From Zoogloeaceae bacterium (GTDB lineage Bacteria; Pseudomonadota; Gammaproteobacteria; Burkholderiales; Rhodocyclaceae), in the NCBI GenBank assembly GCA_031274855.1, contig JAISPO010000012.1:1-36186 (forward strand): DNA of 36,186 nt, written 5' to 3'. Positions 19,282 to 29,949 of the stretch are shown in pieces. The notes below the pieces were generated by a model, which worked only from the letters and a program-made list of their open reading frames with translations, was not told where the DNA came from and made no database searches. Position 1 is the stretch's first letter, and every line of letters starts with the position of its first letter. The translations under genes and the position numbers were made by a program.

Positions 19282-19728
19282 ATGTTCCAAGGGGCTACAT
19301 CACTGAGTCTGGATGCCAAGGGGCGCATGGCGGTGCCTGCGCGGCATCGCGACGCCTTGGTCAAAGCCGCCGAAGGCCGGCTGGTATTGACCGCCCATCC
19401 ACATCGTTGTTTGCTGCTTTATCCGGCGCCCGATTGGGAGCCGATCCGCGCCCGCATTCTTGCCGCTCCGAGTCTTGAAGCCCAGTCGGCCAAGCTGCGC
19501 CGCCTGCTGGTGGGCTTTGCCGTCGATCTGGATATGGATGCCGCTGGCCGCGTGCTGATCGCGCCGGAGTTGCGCCAATACGCCGGGTTGGAAAAAGACG
19601 TGTGGCTGGTTGGTCAGGGCAGCCATTTCGAACTGTGGTCCGACGCCGGCTGGAAGCAGCAGCAGGAAGAAATTTTTGCGCTCGGCGACAAATTGCTGCC
19701 GCCAGGTATGGAGAACTTGACGTTGTGA
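19282..19728 (+). CDS. mraZ: Transcriptional regulator MraZ
   Basis: [23 protein letters not shown].. and second SpoVT-AbrB half [18 protein letters not shown]. 148 aa from ATG 19282. The GTG 19261 of the ORF track lies inside the operator repeats. Confidence 0.92.
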   Translation: MFQGATSLSLDAKGRMAVPARHRDALVKAAEGRLVLTAHPHRCLLLYPAPDWEPIRARILAAPSLEAQSAKLRRLLVGFAVDLDMDAAGRVLIAPELRQYAGLEKDVWLVGQGSHFELWSDAGWKQQQEEIFALGDKLLPPGMENLTL

Positions 19729-20648
19729 GCGTCGGCTCGCACGTCAGCGTATTGCTGAAGGAAGCGGTCGAGGCGCTGGCGGTACGAACGGACGGCGTTT
19801 ATGTCGATGCCACTTTTGGACGCGGCGGCCACAGCCGCGAAATTTTGGCGCGTTTGGGGCCGTCGGGGCGCTTGGTGGCGCTCGATTGTGATCCGGCGGC
19901 AGTAGCGGCAGGGCGCGCGATTGCCGATTCGCGTTTCACGCTGGCGCATTCGGCATTCGGGCGGCTCGATGCGGTGTTGGACGAACTGGGCATTGGCAGC
20001 GTCGACGGCGTGTTGCTGGACATCGGCGTGTCGTCGCCGCAGTTGGATACGCCCGAACGGGGCATGAGTTTTCGTTTCGATGCGCCGCTGGATATGCGCA
20101 TGGATACAAGCAGGGGAGAAACCGCAGCCGAGTTTCTGGCTCAGGCAGAACAACAGGAAATCGAAAGGGTCATCAGGGATTATGGCGAAGAACGGTTTGC
20201 TCATGCGATTGCAAAGGCGATTGTGGCTGCTCGGACCCAGCACGGTATTACCGGCACAGGACAGCTTGCCGCGCTCGTGGCGAAGGCCGTCCGCACGCGG
20301 GAACCGGGCCAGCATCCGGCAACGCGTTGCTTTCAGGCTTTACGGATTCACGTCAATCGGGAGCTTGAGGAATTGTCGCTAGTCCTGCCCCAATGCGTTA
20401 AACGCCTGGCGCCCGGAGGACGCATGGCCGTCATCAGTTTTCATTCGCTGGAAGATCGCATCGTCAAACGCTTCATGCGCGACGAAAGCCGTCCGCCCAG
20501 GCTGCCCAGCCGCCTGCCGATACGCGCCGCCGATTTACCGCCGCCGAAATTGCGTCTGGTCGGCAAGCCCGTTTATGCGGGCGACGAAGAAGTGGCCGCT
20601 AATCCGCGCGCGCGCAGCGCCGTGATGCGGGTCGCGGAGCGGGCCTGA
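19725..20648 (+). CDS. rsmH: 16S rRNA (cytosine1402-N4)-methyltransferase
   Basis: [92 protein letters not shown] 19725 overlaps the mraZ stop (GTGA). Confidence 0.9.
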   Translation: MSVGSHVSVLLKEAVEALAVRTDGVYVDATFGRGGHSREILARLGPSGRLVALDCDPAAVAAGRAIADSRFTLAHSAFGRLDAVLDELGIGSVDGVLLDIGVSSPQLDTPERGMSFRFDAPLDMRMDTSRGETAAEFLAQAEQQEIERVIRDYGEERFAHAIAKAIVAARTQHGITGTGQLAALVAKAVRTREPGQHPATRCFQALRIHVNRELEELSLVLPQCVKRLAPGGRMAVISFHSLEDRIVKRFMRDESRPPRLPSRLPIRAADLPPPKLRLVGKPVYAGDEEVAANPRARSAVMRVAERA

Positions 20649-20651
20649 ATC

Positions 20652-20918
20652 ATGCTGCGCCTGAATCTCCTGCTCCTGCTGATCGCCGTGTTCTGTGCCT
20701 TGGGCACGGTGTCGGCCAACCATAAGGCGCGCAAGCTGCTGGCAGAATACGAGCGCGCACAGAATCACATGCACGACCTTGATGTCGAATGGGGCCAGTT
20801 GCAGCTTGAGCAAAGCACTTGGGCCAATCATGCGCGCATTGAGCAGGTGGCGCGCGACAAGCTGATGATGCGGGCTCCCGGAGCCGGACAAATGATGGTG
20901 CTGGAGGCCGCAAGATGA
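20652..20918 (+). CDS. ftsL: Cell division protein FtsL
   Basis: 88 aa, single N-terminal TM segment (LNLLLLLIAVFCALGTV) followed by a coiled-coil-like segment. Canonical position between rsmH and ftsI. Confidence 0.85.
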   Translation: MLRLNLLLLLIAVFCALGTVSANHKARKLLAEYERAQNHMHDLDVEWGQLQLEQSTWANHARIEQVARDKLMMRAPGAGQMMVLEAAR

Positions 20919-22633
20919 AATACGCGCACAGCCCCGTCCTCAATGAGCGCCTTTCATCGAGCCGTTCCCGTCTGGTGACGCTGGTGATGATGGCGGGTTT
21001 CGTCGCGCTCGCCGGACGCTCGTTGTACCTTCAGGTTTTTGCGACCGGCTTCCTGCAGAAGAAGGGCGAATCCCGCTATGAGCGGGTGATCGAAACATCG
21101 GCCACGCGCGGCCGGATTCTGGATCGCCACAACGACGCGCTGGCCGTATCAACGCCGGTCAAGGCGGTCTGGGCGATTCCTGAAGACGCCAAACTCGCGC
21201 CGGCCCAGTTGCATCAACTCGCCGGTCTGCTGGAAATGGACGCGGGCGAACTCAATCGCAAGCTCGCCGTCAGCAAGGAATTCGTTTTTCTCAAACGCCA
21301 GATTCCGCCGGACACCGCCGCCAGGATTGCCGCCTTGCGTCTGCCGGGCATCCATGACCAGAACGAATACCGGCGCTACTACCCGTCGGGCGAAATGACT
21401 GCGCACATGATCGGCTTCACCGATGTCGGGGATGCCGGTCAGGAAGGGGTGGAACTGGCGCTCAACGATATCCTGATCGGCAAATCTGGCAGCCGCCGCA
21501 TCATCAAGGACAGACGCGGCCAGATCGTTGAGGATGTCGAATCCATCCGAACGCCGCAAAAGGGCAGGGATGTCACGCTGGCGCTGGATGAGAAAATTCA
21601 GTATCTCGCCTACAGCCAGTTGAAAAAGGCCATGCAGGAAAACAGGGCCAAGGCTGGTGGCGTGGTCGTGCTTGATGTCAAAACCGGCGAGGTGCTGGCG
21701 CTGGTTAACGCCCCGACCTACAACCCGAACAACCGCGCGCGGCTGGCCGGTGCCCAGTTGCGCAATCGCGCTTTCACTGACACTTTCGAGCCGGGCTCGA
21801 CCTTCAAACCGTTTATTGCGGCGCTGGCGCTGGAGAAAGGCAAATACCGCGCCAATACGCCGATCAACACGGCGTCGGGCAAGATGACCATCGGCCCCGC
21901 GACCATCCACGACACCCAGGCGCATGGCATGTTGACTTTGGCCGAGGTGATCCAGAAGTCATCGAACGTCGGCGTGGCCAAGGTGTCGCTGTCTTTCCGG
22001 CCCGATGAAATGTGGCAGATGTACAGCAGCCTCGGCTTCGGCGCACCGCTCAAACTCGGCTTTCCGGGCGAGGTCGGCGGTTCTTTGCGGCCCGCAAAAA
22101 GTTGGCGTCCGATCGAACAGGCAACCATGTCTTACGGGCATGGCATTTCCGTGACCCTGATACAAATGGCGCGGGCTTATCTGGTGTTCGCCCGCGACGG
22201 CGATTTGATTCCCGTCTCCCTGCTGCGCGCCGATACGCCGCCGCAGGCCGGCGCGCAAATCTTTTCGGCCAGAACAGCGCAAGAAGTCAGAACCATGCTG
22301 GAAATGGCAGTGGAGCCGGGCGGCACCGCGCCCAAAGCGCAGATTCCGGGCTACCGCGTGGCCGGAAAAACCGGCACGGCGCGCAAGCCGGAGGGGGGCG
22401 TCTATGTGAAGAAGTATGTCGCCTCCTTCATCGGTTTCGCGCCCGCTTCCGAGCCGCGCCTGATCGTGGCGGTGATGATCGACGAACCTTCCGCCGACAA
22501 ATATTACGGCGGCGATGTCGCCGCGCCGGTATTCGCCGGCATCATGGCCGGCGCCTTGCGGACGCTGGGCGTGCCGCAGGATGTCCCGCTCAAACCTCTG
22601 ATCATGGCCGAAGCGGTCAAGGAGGACGTATGA
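20915..22633 (+). CDS. ftsI: Peptidoglycan D,D-transpeptidase FtsI (PBP3)
   Basis: 572 aa. N-terminal TM segment, STFKP (SxxK), SSN and KTGTA motifs, and a full-length C-terminus. ATGA overlap with ftsL. Confidence 0.93.
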   Translation: MKYAHSPVLNERLSSSRSRLVTLVMMAGFVALAGRSLYLQVFATGFLQKKGESRYERVIETSATRGRILDRHNDALAVSTPVKAVWAIPEDAKLAPAQLHQLAGLLEMDAGELNRKLAVSKEFVFLKRQIPPDTAARIAALRLPGIHDQNEYRRYYPSGEMTAHMIGFTDVGDAGQEGVELALNDILIGKSGSRRIIKDRRGQIVEDVESIRTPQKGRDVTLALDEKIQYLAYSQLKKAMQENRAKAGGVVVLDVKTGEVLALVNAPTYNPNNRARLAGAQLRNRAFTDTFEPGSTFKPFIAALALEKGKYRANTPINTASGKMTIGPATIHDTQAHGMLTLAEVIQKSSNVGVAKVSLSFRPDEMWQMYSSLGFGAPLKLGFPGEVGGSLRPAKSWRPIEQATMSYGHGISVTLIQMARAYLVFARDGDLIPVSLLRADTPPQAGAQIFSARTAQEVRTMLEMAVEPGGTAPKAQIPGYRVAGKTGTARKPEGGVYVKKYVASFIGFAPASEPRLIVAVMIDEPSADKYYGGDVAAPVFAGIMAGALRTLGVPQDVPLKPLIMAEAVKEDV

Positions 22634-23793
22634 GCGCGATGTTCATGGCCGGTGTGACAGGCACCAACGGCAAGACTTCGGTCACGCAATGGTTCGCTCA
22701 AGCAATGACGGCGCGTGGCCGCAAGTGCGCCGTCATCGGTACGCTCGGAAACGGTTTTCCGGGCGCTCTGGTGGTGGGCCCCAATACCACGCCGGGCGCG
22801 GCGGTGCTGAAAACACTGCTGCCCGAATTGGCGGCGCAGGGCGCGCAAGCCTACGCGATGGAAGTTTCGTCCATCGGCCTGCATCAGAACCGTGTCGCGG
22901 ATGTTCGTTTCAATGTCGCGGTGTTCACCAACCTGACCCGCGACCATCTCGATTATCACGGCACGATGGAAACGTATGCGGCGCAGAAACGCAAGCTGTT
23001 CGACATGCCCGGACTTGCCTGCGCCGTCCTCAATCTCGACGACCCCTTCGGTGAGCAACTCGACGCCGAACTGGCGGGGCATATGCGCGTCATCGGCTAC
23101 ACGCTGGAAGGCAAAGTTAGCCGTGGCGAAACGCTGGCTGCGCGCGATTTGGCGGCCACGGTTACCGGCATCGCCTTTACGCTCAACGGCGCGCGCATGA
23201 CCGCGCCGCTGATTGGCCGCTTCAACGCCGCCAATCTGCTTGCGCTTACCGGCGCTTTGCTCGCTGCCGGTGAAACGCTGGCGGATATTGCCGAGGCGCT
23301 GCCCAAGCTGACGCCGCCGCCGGGCCGCATGGAGGCGGTCGGCGGCCGTGATGTGCCGCTGGTCGTCATCGACTACGCCCACACGCCGGATGCGCTTGAA
23401 AAAGCATTGGTGACATTGAAAGAAGTCGCCGCCACGCGCGGCGGCAAACTGATTTGCGTATTCGGTTGCGGCGGCAACCGCGACGCGGGCAAGCGGCCAT
23501 TAATGGGCGCGGTGGCCGAGCGCATGTCCGATGGCGTATTGCTGACCAGCGACAATCCGCGCGCGGAAGAACCGGCGCAAATCATTGCGGATATTGTCGG
23601 CGGCATGAAGCGTCGGCCGCAGATCGAGGCCGACCGCGCGCTGGCCATCCGCCGCGCCGTCGACGCGGCAGCGGCTTGCGATGTGATTCTGCTGGCTGGA
23701 AAAGGCCACGAGGCTTATCAGGAAACCGGCGGCGCGCGTCAGCCGTTTTCCGATCTCGAACAGGCCAGACAAGCCTTGGAGCAGCGGCGATGA
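22630..23793 (+). CDS. murE: UDP-MurNAc-L-Ala-D-Glu:meso-DAP ligase MurE homologue lacking the N-terminal domain (387 aa)
   Basis: Starts MSAMFMAGVTGTNGKTS, i.e. at the P-loop. Central and C-terminal Mur-ligase domains are intact (FTNLTRDHLDYHG, DYAHTPDALEKAL, GCGGNRD.GKRP, DNPR meso-DAP motif, AGKGHE). AAGGAGG 22619-22625 precedes the ATG, which overlaps the ftsI stop. About 100 residues present in E. coli and Neisseria MurE are absent. Confidence 0.85.
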   Translation: MSAMFMAGVTGTNGKTSVTQWFAQAMTARGRKCAVIGTLGNGFPGALVVGPNTTPGAAVLKTLLPELAAQGAQAYAMEVSSIGLHQNRVADVRFNVAVFTNLTRDHLDYHGTMETYAAQKRKLFDMPGLACAVLNLDDPFGEQLDAELAGHMRVIGYTLEGKVSRGETLAARDLAATVTGIAFTLNGARMTAPLIGRFNAANLLALTGALLAAGETLADIAEALPKLTPPPGRMEAVGGRDVPLVVIDYAHTPDALEKALVTLKEVAATRGGKLICVFGCGGNRDAGKRPLMGAVAERMSDGVLLTSDNPRAEEPAQIIADIVGGMKRRPQIEADRALAIRRAVDAAAACDVILLAGKGHEAYQETGGARQPFSDLEQARQALEQRR

Positions 23794-25172
23794 TGATGAC
23801 CCTGCTTGAAGCCGCGCAAGCCACGAACGGCGTCGCCACCGCCGGAGAGCGTGCCTTCTCCGGCGTGTCGACCGATTCGCGGACGATAGGCAGCGGCGAG
23901 TTGTTCGTCGCGCTGCGGGGCGAGCGTTTCGATGGTCACGAGTATGCGCGCGAGGTGCTGGCAAAAGGCGCAGCCGCCGCGATGGTCAACCGCGACTGGG
24001 CGGACGGCGCGGATTTGCCGCTGGTTCAAGTGGCCGATACCCGCTTGGCGCTCGGCAGTCTGGCCGGTCATTGGCGGCGCAAGTTTTCGCTGCCGCTGAT
24101 CGGCGTCACCGGCAGCAATGGCAAAACAACCGTCAAGGAAATGTGCGCGCTCATCCTGCGCGAACATGCGCGGCGCAAGGGTGGCGATCCGGCTGAGGCG
24201 GTGCTGGCGACCCGCGGCAATCTCAATAACGACATCGGCCTGCCGATGATGCTGTTGCGCCTGCGTGAAAATCATCAAGCCGCCGTGATCGAAATGGGCA
24301 TGAATCATGCCGGTGAAATCGCTTACCTGACCCGTCTGGCGCAGCCCACGGTGGCCTTGATTACCAATGCCCAACGCGCCCATCTGGCCGGACTGGGCAC
24401 GCTGGCCGATGTGGCCCGCGCCAAGGGCGAAATCTTTGAAGGGCTGGCTAACGGCGGCATTGCCGTCATTAATGCCGACGACCCTCATGCGGCGCTGTGG
24501 CGGCAACTCGCCGCCGGTAAGGCCATGTTGAGTTTCGGTATGAACGCGCCCGCCGATGCGCGGGCAACGGCCAAGATTTGGGCGTTCTCCAGCGAGATTG
24601 CGCTTGAGTGTCCGCAGGGCAAGATCAACTTCGAATTGCCGGTGCCCGGTCGCCACAACGTGATGAATGCGCTGGCCGCTGCCACAGCCTGTCTGGCGGC
24701 GGGCGTCAGCCTCGATACCGTGGCCGCTGCCCTGTCGAAATACGCAGGCGTCAAGAGCCGCTTGCAGCGCCGCATCGGCGAGAACGGCGCATTGGTGATC
24801 GACGATACTTACAACGCCAACCCCGATTCGATGCGCGCGGCCATCGACGTGCTGGCCAGTCTGCCAGGACGGCGCATTCTCGTCATGGGCGACATGGGCG
24901 AGGCGGGCGAGAACGCCGGTCAGTTGCATGATGAAATCGGCGGCTACGCCAAAAGCCGCGGCGTCGACGCTCTGTTCGCGCTGGGCGAGCTTGCCGCCAC
25001 TGCCGCGCACAATTTCACCGGCGGCGCGAGTCATTTCGGCAAGATTGAGCAACTCATCGCCGCCTTGAAACCGGAGCTTGCCGCTGATGTGACCGTTCTG
25101 GTCAAAGGTTCGCGCTTTATGCGCATGGAGCGCGTCGTAGACGCGATTACGGAGAAACAGCATGCTGCTTGA
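23790..25172 (+). CDS. murF: UDP-MurNAc-tripeptide:D-Ala-D-Ala ligase
   Basis: 460 aa from ATGATGATG 23790 (overlaps the murE stop). N-terminal domain present ([27 protein letters not shown]), [28 protein letters not shown]. Confidence 0.92.
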   Translation: MMMTLLEAAQATNGVATAGERAFSGVSTDSRTIGSGELFVALRGERFDGHEYAREVLAKGAAAAMVNRDWADGADLPLVQVADTRLALGSLAGHWRRKFSLPLIGVTGSNGKTTVKEMCALILREHARRKGGDPAEAVLATRGNLNNDIGLPMMLLRLRENHQAAVIEMGMNHAGEIAYLTRLAQPTVALITNAQRAHLAGLGTLADVARAKGEIFEGLANGGIAVINADDPHAALWRQLAAGKAMLSFGMNAPADARATAKIWAFSSEIALECPQGKINFELPVPGRHNVMNALAAATACLAAGVSLDTVAAALSKYAGVKSRLQRRIGENGALVIDDTYNANPDSMRAAIDVLASLPGRRILVMGDMGEAGENAGQLHDEIGGYAKSRGVDALFALGELAATAAHNFTGGASHFGKIEQLIAALKPELAADVTVLVKGSRFMRMERVVDAITEKQHAA

Positions 25173-26331
25173 ACTGGCTCAATGGCTGGCTAAAGACATT
25201 CGCGCTTTCAATGTCTTCAACTACATCACGCTGCGCGCCGTGCTGGCGACCATGACGGCGCTGGCGATTTCCTTCATGGCCGGCCCCTCGTTCATCCGCT
25301 GGCTGGCGGCCAGGAAGATCGGCCAAGCCGTGCGGCAGGACGGGCCGCAAACGCATCTGGTGAAAGCCGGAACGCCGACCATGGGCGGCGGCCTGATTTT
25401 GATTTCGCTGGGCATCTCGACCCTGCTCTGGGCCGATCTGCAAAATCGTTTCATGTGGATCATCCTGATTGTCACCTTCGGTTACGGCGCGATTGGATGG
25501 GTGGATGACTGGCGCAAGGTGGTCTACCAGAATCCCGCCGGTCTATCGGCCAAGGCCAAGTATTTCTGGCAATCGGCCATCGGCATCGTCGCTGCCATTT
25601 ACATCGCCTTTTCGGTCTCCGCGCCGAACAACGAGAAGGTTGTGGAATTGTTCCTGCAATGGGTAGGCAGCGGCTTCACGCTGGAACTTCCGGCCAAGGC
25701 CGATCTGATCGTGCCTTTCTTCAAGGAGGTGTCCTATCCGCTGGGCATTTTCGGCTTCATCGTTCTCACTTACTTCGTGATCGTCGGCACCAGCAACGCG
25801 GTGAACCTGACCGACGGTCTTGACGGTCTGGCCATCATGCCGGCCGTGATGATAGGCGCGGCGCTCGGCATTTTTGCCTATGTGACCGGCCACGCGGTCT
25901 TTTCAAAATATTTGCTGATTCCGTATATCCCGGGCGTCGGCGAGCTGGCGGTATTTTGCTCGGCGCTGGCGGGCGCGGGCCTGGGCTTTCTCTGGTTCAA
26001 CGCCTATCCGGCGGAAGTGTTCATGGGCGATGTCGGCGCGTTGGCAATCGGGGCGGCGCTCGGCTCGGTCGCGGTCGTCGTGCGTCAGGAAATCGTGCTG
26101 CTCATCATGGGCGGCGTGTTTGTCGCCGAAACCCTGTCGGTGATGCTGCAAGTGAGCTGGTTCAAATACACCAAGGCCCGCTACGGCGAGGGGCGGCGCA
26201 TTTTCCTGATGGCGCCGCTGCATCATCACTTCGAAAAAAGCGGCTGGAAAGAAACGCAGGTCGTGGTGCGCTTCTGGATCATCACCATCCTGCTCGTACT
26301 GTTTGGTTTGTCCACTTTGAAGATACGCTGA
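25162..26331 (+). CDS. mraY: Phospho-N-acetylmuramoyl-pentapeptide transferase
   Basis: 389 aa polytopic membrane protein. [49 protein letters not shown]. 11-nt overlap with murF. Confidence 0.94.
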   Translation: MLLELAQWLAKDIRAFNVFNYITLRAVLATMTALAISFMAGPSFIRWLAARKIGQAVRQDGPQTHLVKAGTPTMGGGLILISLGISTLLWADLQNRFMWIILIVTFGYGAIGWVDDWRKVVYQNPAGLSAKAKYFWQSAIGIVAAIYIAFSVSAPNNEKVVELFLQWVGSGFTLELPAKADLIVPFFKEVSYPLGIFGFIVLTYFVIVGTSNAVNLTDGLDGLAIMPAVMIGAALGIFAYVTGHAVFSKYLLIPYIPGVGELAVFCSALAGAGLGFLWFNAYPAEVFMGDVGALAIGAALGSVAVVVRQEIVLLIMGGVFVAETLSVMLQVSWFKYTKARYGEGRRIFLMAPLHHHFEKSGWKETQVVVRFWIITILLVLFGLSTLKIR

Positions 26332-27725
26332 TGGAACTGTCCGGCAAACGCATTCTCGTTCTCGGCCTCGGTGAATCGGGGCTGGCTGTCGCGCGTTGGT
26401 GCGATCGCCAGAGGGCGGCCGTGCGTGTGCTCGATACCCGCAGCGATCCCCCGTATCTCAAGGAATTGCGTGTGGCGGTTCCTGCGGCGGAATTCCACAG
26501 CGGCCCGATGGACGCAGGTTTCGATGAGCGTCTGCTGAATGGCGTCGATTTTCTGGTGATTTCACCCGGGCTGCCGGCGCAAATGGCGGCGGTCAGTCTT
26601 GCCCGCGCGCGCGGTCTGCCGGTGACTGGCGAAATCGAGTTATTCGCTTGGGGACTGGCGGCGCTCGGCGTGCGGCGCGACACCCGCGTCATTGCCATCA
26701 CCGGCACCAACGGCAAGACCACGACCACGACGCTGGCTGCGCATCTATGCCGCGCTGCCGGTCTTGTTACCGGCATCGGCGGCAATATTTCACCAGCGGC
26801 GCTGACCGCTTTGATGGCGGTACAAGACGCAGGCCGCTTGCCGCAGGTCTGGGTGCTCGAACTGTCGAGCTTCCAGTTGGAAACGCTGGAATCGCTCAAT
26901 GCTGAAGCCGCGGTTGTCCTCAACATCAGCGACGATCATTTGGACCGCTACAACGGTCTCGATGACTACGCGCAAACCAAGGCGCGGGTGTTCTTCGGCA
27001 AAGGCGTACAGGCGCTCAACCGCGATGATGCGCGTGTCAGGCGCATGGCGATTGCCGGACGGCGCGTCATCAGCTTCGGGCTGGACGCGCCGGAAAACGA
27101 AAACGATTTCGGCCTGCGCTCGCATGGCGGCGAGCCTTGGCTGGCGCGTGGCGGCCAGCTTCTGATGGCCGTCAGCGAACTGCCAATCGCGGGTCTGCAC
27201 AACGCCGCCAATGCGTTGGCCGCGCTCGCGCTGTGCGCCGCCATCGGCCTCGATCCTGTTGCGCTGCTGCCCGCGTTGCGGCAGTTTCGCGGCCTGCCGC
27301 ATCGGGTCGAGCGCGTCGCCGAAATCGGCGGCGTGACCTATTACGATGATTCCAAGGGCACCAATGTCGGCGCGACGGTCGCGGCCCTGCAAGGCATGGG
27401 CCGCAAGGTGGTCATCATCCTTGGCGGTGACGGCAAGGGCCAGGATTTTTCGCCGCTGAAACAGGCGGTGGCCGAACATGCGCGGGCAGCGATTCTGATT
27501 GGCCGCGACGGGCCGCTGATCGGCGCGGCGATTGCCGGTTGCGGCGTGCCGGTCGAAACAGCGGCGAGTCTGCCCGAAGCCGTGAGGCAATCGGCGGCGG
27601 CAGCCCGCGCGGGCGATGCCGTATTGCTCTCGCCCGCCTGCGCCAGCTTCGACATGTTCAAAAATTACGAGCATCGCGCCCAAGTGTTTATCGAGGCGGT
27701 GCGCCGGATGGAGGCCGCGCAATGA
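26331..27725 (+). CDS. murD: UDP-MurNAc-L-Ala:D-Glu ligase
   Basis: 464 aa from ATG 26331 (TGATG with the mraY stop). [12 protein letters not shown] Rossmann N-terminus, [44 protein letters not shown]. Confidence 0.92.
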   Translation: MELSGKRILVLGLGESGLAVARWCDRQRAAVRVLDTRSDPPYLKELRVAVPAAEFHSGPMDAGFDERLLNGVDFLVISPGLPAQMAAVSLARARGLPVTGEIELFAWGLAALGVRRDTRVIAITGTNGKTTTTTLAAHLCRAAGLVTGIGGNISPAALTALMAVQDAGRLPQVWVLELSSFQLETLESLNAEAAVVLNISDDHLDRYNGLDDYAQTKARVFFGKGVQALNRDDARVRRMAIAGRRVISFGLDAPENENDFGLRSHGGEPWLARGGQLLMAVSELPIAGLHNAANALAALALCAAIGLDPVALLPALRQFRGLPHRVERVAEIGGVTYYDDSKGTNVGATVAALQGMGRKVVIILGGDGKGQDFSPLKQAVAEHARAAILIGRDGPLIGAAIAGCGVPVETAASLPEAVRQSAAAARAGDAVLLSPACASFDMFKNYEHRAQVFIEAVRRMEAAQ

Positions 27726-28894
27726 GCGCCGCGGCATTCGCGTCGCGCCGCCTGCCGGACGCCGCGCCGGCCGAGGTTGATCCGCTGCTGCTCTGGCCTG
27801 CGCTGTTCCTGCTGCTGCTCGGACTGGTGATGGTTTATTCCTCCTCCATCGCCATCGCCGAAGGCAGCAAATTCACCGGCTACCGGCCAGAGTACTTCCT
27901 GTTCCGCCATGCCATTTTCCTGATTATTGGCCTCGTCTGCGGCGTGGTGGCGTTTCAGGTGCCGCTCCGTCTCTGGCAGGACATGGCCCCCTGGCTGTTT
28001 CTGTGCGGCATCGCGCTGTTGATTGCCGTGCTGATTCCCCATGTCGGACGCGCGGTGAACGGGGCGCAACGCTGGTTGCCGCTTGGGCCGGTCAACCTGC
28101 AACCGTCGGAGTTGATGAAACTGTTTGTCATCCTCTACACCGCGGACTACACCACGCGCAAACTCGATGCCATGGGCAGCTTCCGCCACGGCTTCCTGCC
28201 GATGGCGACCGTGACCCTGCTGGTCGGTTTTCTGCTGCTGCGCGAACCGGATTTCGGCGCTTTCGTCGTCATTGCGGCCGTCGCTTTCGGCATTCTCTTT
28301 CTGGGCGGCATTAATGTCCGGCTGTTCTCGCTGCTGGCGCTGGTCGCCACCATCGGCTTCACGCTGCTGATTACTTTCTCCGAATACCGGCGGCAGCGCA
28401 TTCTCGGTTTCATGGACCCTTGGCAGGACGAACTCGGCAAGGGCTATCAACTCTCGCACGCGCTGATCGCCTTCGGGCGTGGCGAATGGACGGGCGTAGG
28501 TCTCGGAGCCAGTGTCGAAAAACTGTTCTATCTGCCCGAAGCGCATACCGATTTTCTGCTGGCCGTGATTGCCGAAGAACTGGGTCTGTTCGGCATCATC
28601 GCCGTGGTCGGCCTGTTTGCCCTGCTGGTACAACGCGCCTTCGTCATCGGCCGTCAGGCGCTGTTGATCGACCGCGTTTATAGCGGCATCGTGGCGCAGG
28701 GCATCGGCATCTGGCTTGGCTTTCAAGCCTTCATCAACATGGGCGTCAACATGGGCCTCTTGCCGACTAAAGGGCTGACGCTGCCGCTGATGAGTTTCGG
28801 CGGCTCCGGCATTTTGGCCAACTGTGTTGCTTTGGCGATTCTGATGCGGGTCGATTACGAGAATCGCCGCCTCATGCGAGGACAAATGGCATGA
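27722..28894 (+). CDS. ftsW: Peptidoglycan glycosyltransferase / division protein FtsW (SEDS family)
   Basis: 390 aa from ATG 27722 (ATGA with murD). About 10 TM segments. [35 protein letters not shown]. Confidence 0.92.
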   Translation: MSAAAFASRRLPDAAPAEVDPLLLWPALFLLLLGLVMVYSSSIAIAEGSKFTGYRPEYFLFRHAIFLIIGLVCGVVAFQVPLRLWQDMAPWLFLCGIALLIAVLIPHVGRAVNGAQRWLPLGPVNLQPSELMKLFVILYTADYTTRKLDAMGSFRHGFLPMATVTLLVGFLLLREPDFGAFVVIAAVAFGILFLGGINVRLFSLLALVATIGFTLLITFSEYRRQRILGFMDPWQDELGKGYQLSHALIAFGRGEWTGVGLGASVEKLFYLPEAHTDFLLAVIAEELGLFGIIAVVGLFALLVQRAFVIGRQALLIDRVYSGIVAQGIGIWLGFQAFINMGVNMGLLPTKGLTLPLMSFGGSGILANCVALAILMRVDYENRRLMRGQMA

Positions 28895-29949
28895 GTAAAA
28901 CCATACTAATCATGGCAGGCGGCACCGGCGGCCACATCATGCCGGGCTTGGCCGTCGCGGACCACTTCAAGGCTCAGGGCTGGCAGGTCGTCTGGATGGG
29001 CAATCCTGACGGCATGGAGGCAAAACTGGTACCGGCGCGCGGTTACGAAATGGCCAAGGTGCGCTTCAGCGCGTTGCGCGGCAAGGGCCTCTTGCGCAAG
29101 CTGCTATTGCCGGTCAACCTGTTGCGGGCCTTTATTCAGGCGTATCGGGAAATCAAGCGCATCCGGCCCAATGTCGTGCTTGGGTTCGGCGGCTACGTTA
29201 CTTTCCCCGGCGGCGTGATGGCTGTCCTGAGCGGCATCCCGCTGGTGCTGCATGAGCAGAATTCAGTCGCCGGTTTGACTAACCGGACGCTGGCGTGGAT
29301 TGCCAAGCGCGTGTTGTGCGGCTTCCCGAATGTATTGCGCAAGGGGCAGTGGGTGGGTAATCCCGTGCGCGCCGAAATCGCCGCGCTGCCGCCGCCGGTA
29401 ACGCGCTACACGCAACGCCACGGCCCGCTGAACATTCTGGTGCTCGGCGGCAGCCTCGGCGCTGCCGCGCTCAACGAGACTGTGCCGCAGGCGCTGGCGC
29501 TGATTCAGGAAACGGAAAGGCCGCAAGTCATTCATCAGGCCGGCGAGAAACACATGCAGGCGCTGCCTTGGGCTTACGAGCGGGAAAGCATCAAGGCCAC
29601 AGTCGTACCTTTCATTGAGGACATGGCCGAGGCTTACGGCTGGGCCGATCTGGTGGTCTGCCGCGCCGGCGCGTTGACTATCGCCGAACTGGCGGCGGCC
29701 GGAGTCGCCAGCGTATTGGTGCCGTTTTTGCACGCGGTCGACGACCATCAGACCAGCAATGCGCGTTTCCTCTGTTCCGTAGGCGCCGCGATCCTGCTGC
29801 CGCAGACCGACATGACGCCGGAGCGATTGGCCGAACTGCGTCAGCTCAATCGCGGCCAGTTGCTGCAAATGGCCGAAAAGGCCCACGCGCTTGCCCGCCC
29901 CGGCGCCGTCCAGACGGTCGTCCAGACGTGCATGGAGGTTGCCAAATGA
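28891..29949 (+). CDS. murG: UDP-GlcNAc:lipid I GlcNAc transferase
   Basis: 352 aa. [55 protein letters not shown] overlap with ftsW. Confidence 0.94.
   Translation: MSKTILIMAGGTGGHIMPGLAVADHFKAQGWQVVWMGNPDGMEAKLVPARGYEMAKVRFSALRGKGLLRKLLLPVNLLRAFIQAYREIKRIRPNVVLGFGGYVTFPGGVMAVLSGIPLVLHEQNSVAGLTNRTLAWIAKRVLCGFPNVLRKGQWVGNPVRAEIAALPPPVTRYTQRHGPLNILVLGGSLGAAALNETVPQALALIQETERPQVIHQAGEKHMQALPWAYERESIKATVVPFIEDMAEAYGWADLVVCRAGALTIAELAAAGVASVLVPFLHAVDDHQTSNARFLCSVGAAILLPQTDMTPERLAELRQLNRGQLLQMAEKAHALARPGAVQTVVQTCMEVAK

Noticed and set aside
22012-22629. In-frame upstream extension of murE (593-aa ORF in the track) that could have supplied the missing N-terminal domain.
   Set aside because: It lies entirely inside ftsI in another frame. 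It translates to Arg/Gly/Ala-rich text (RLRRTAQTRLSGRGRRFFAARKK...) with none of the MurE domain-1 pattern (compare DSRxxxxGxLFxAxxGxxxDG in MurF). This is typical open off-frame sequence in high-GC DNA.
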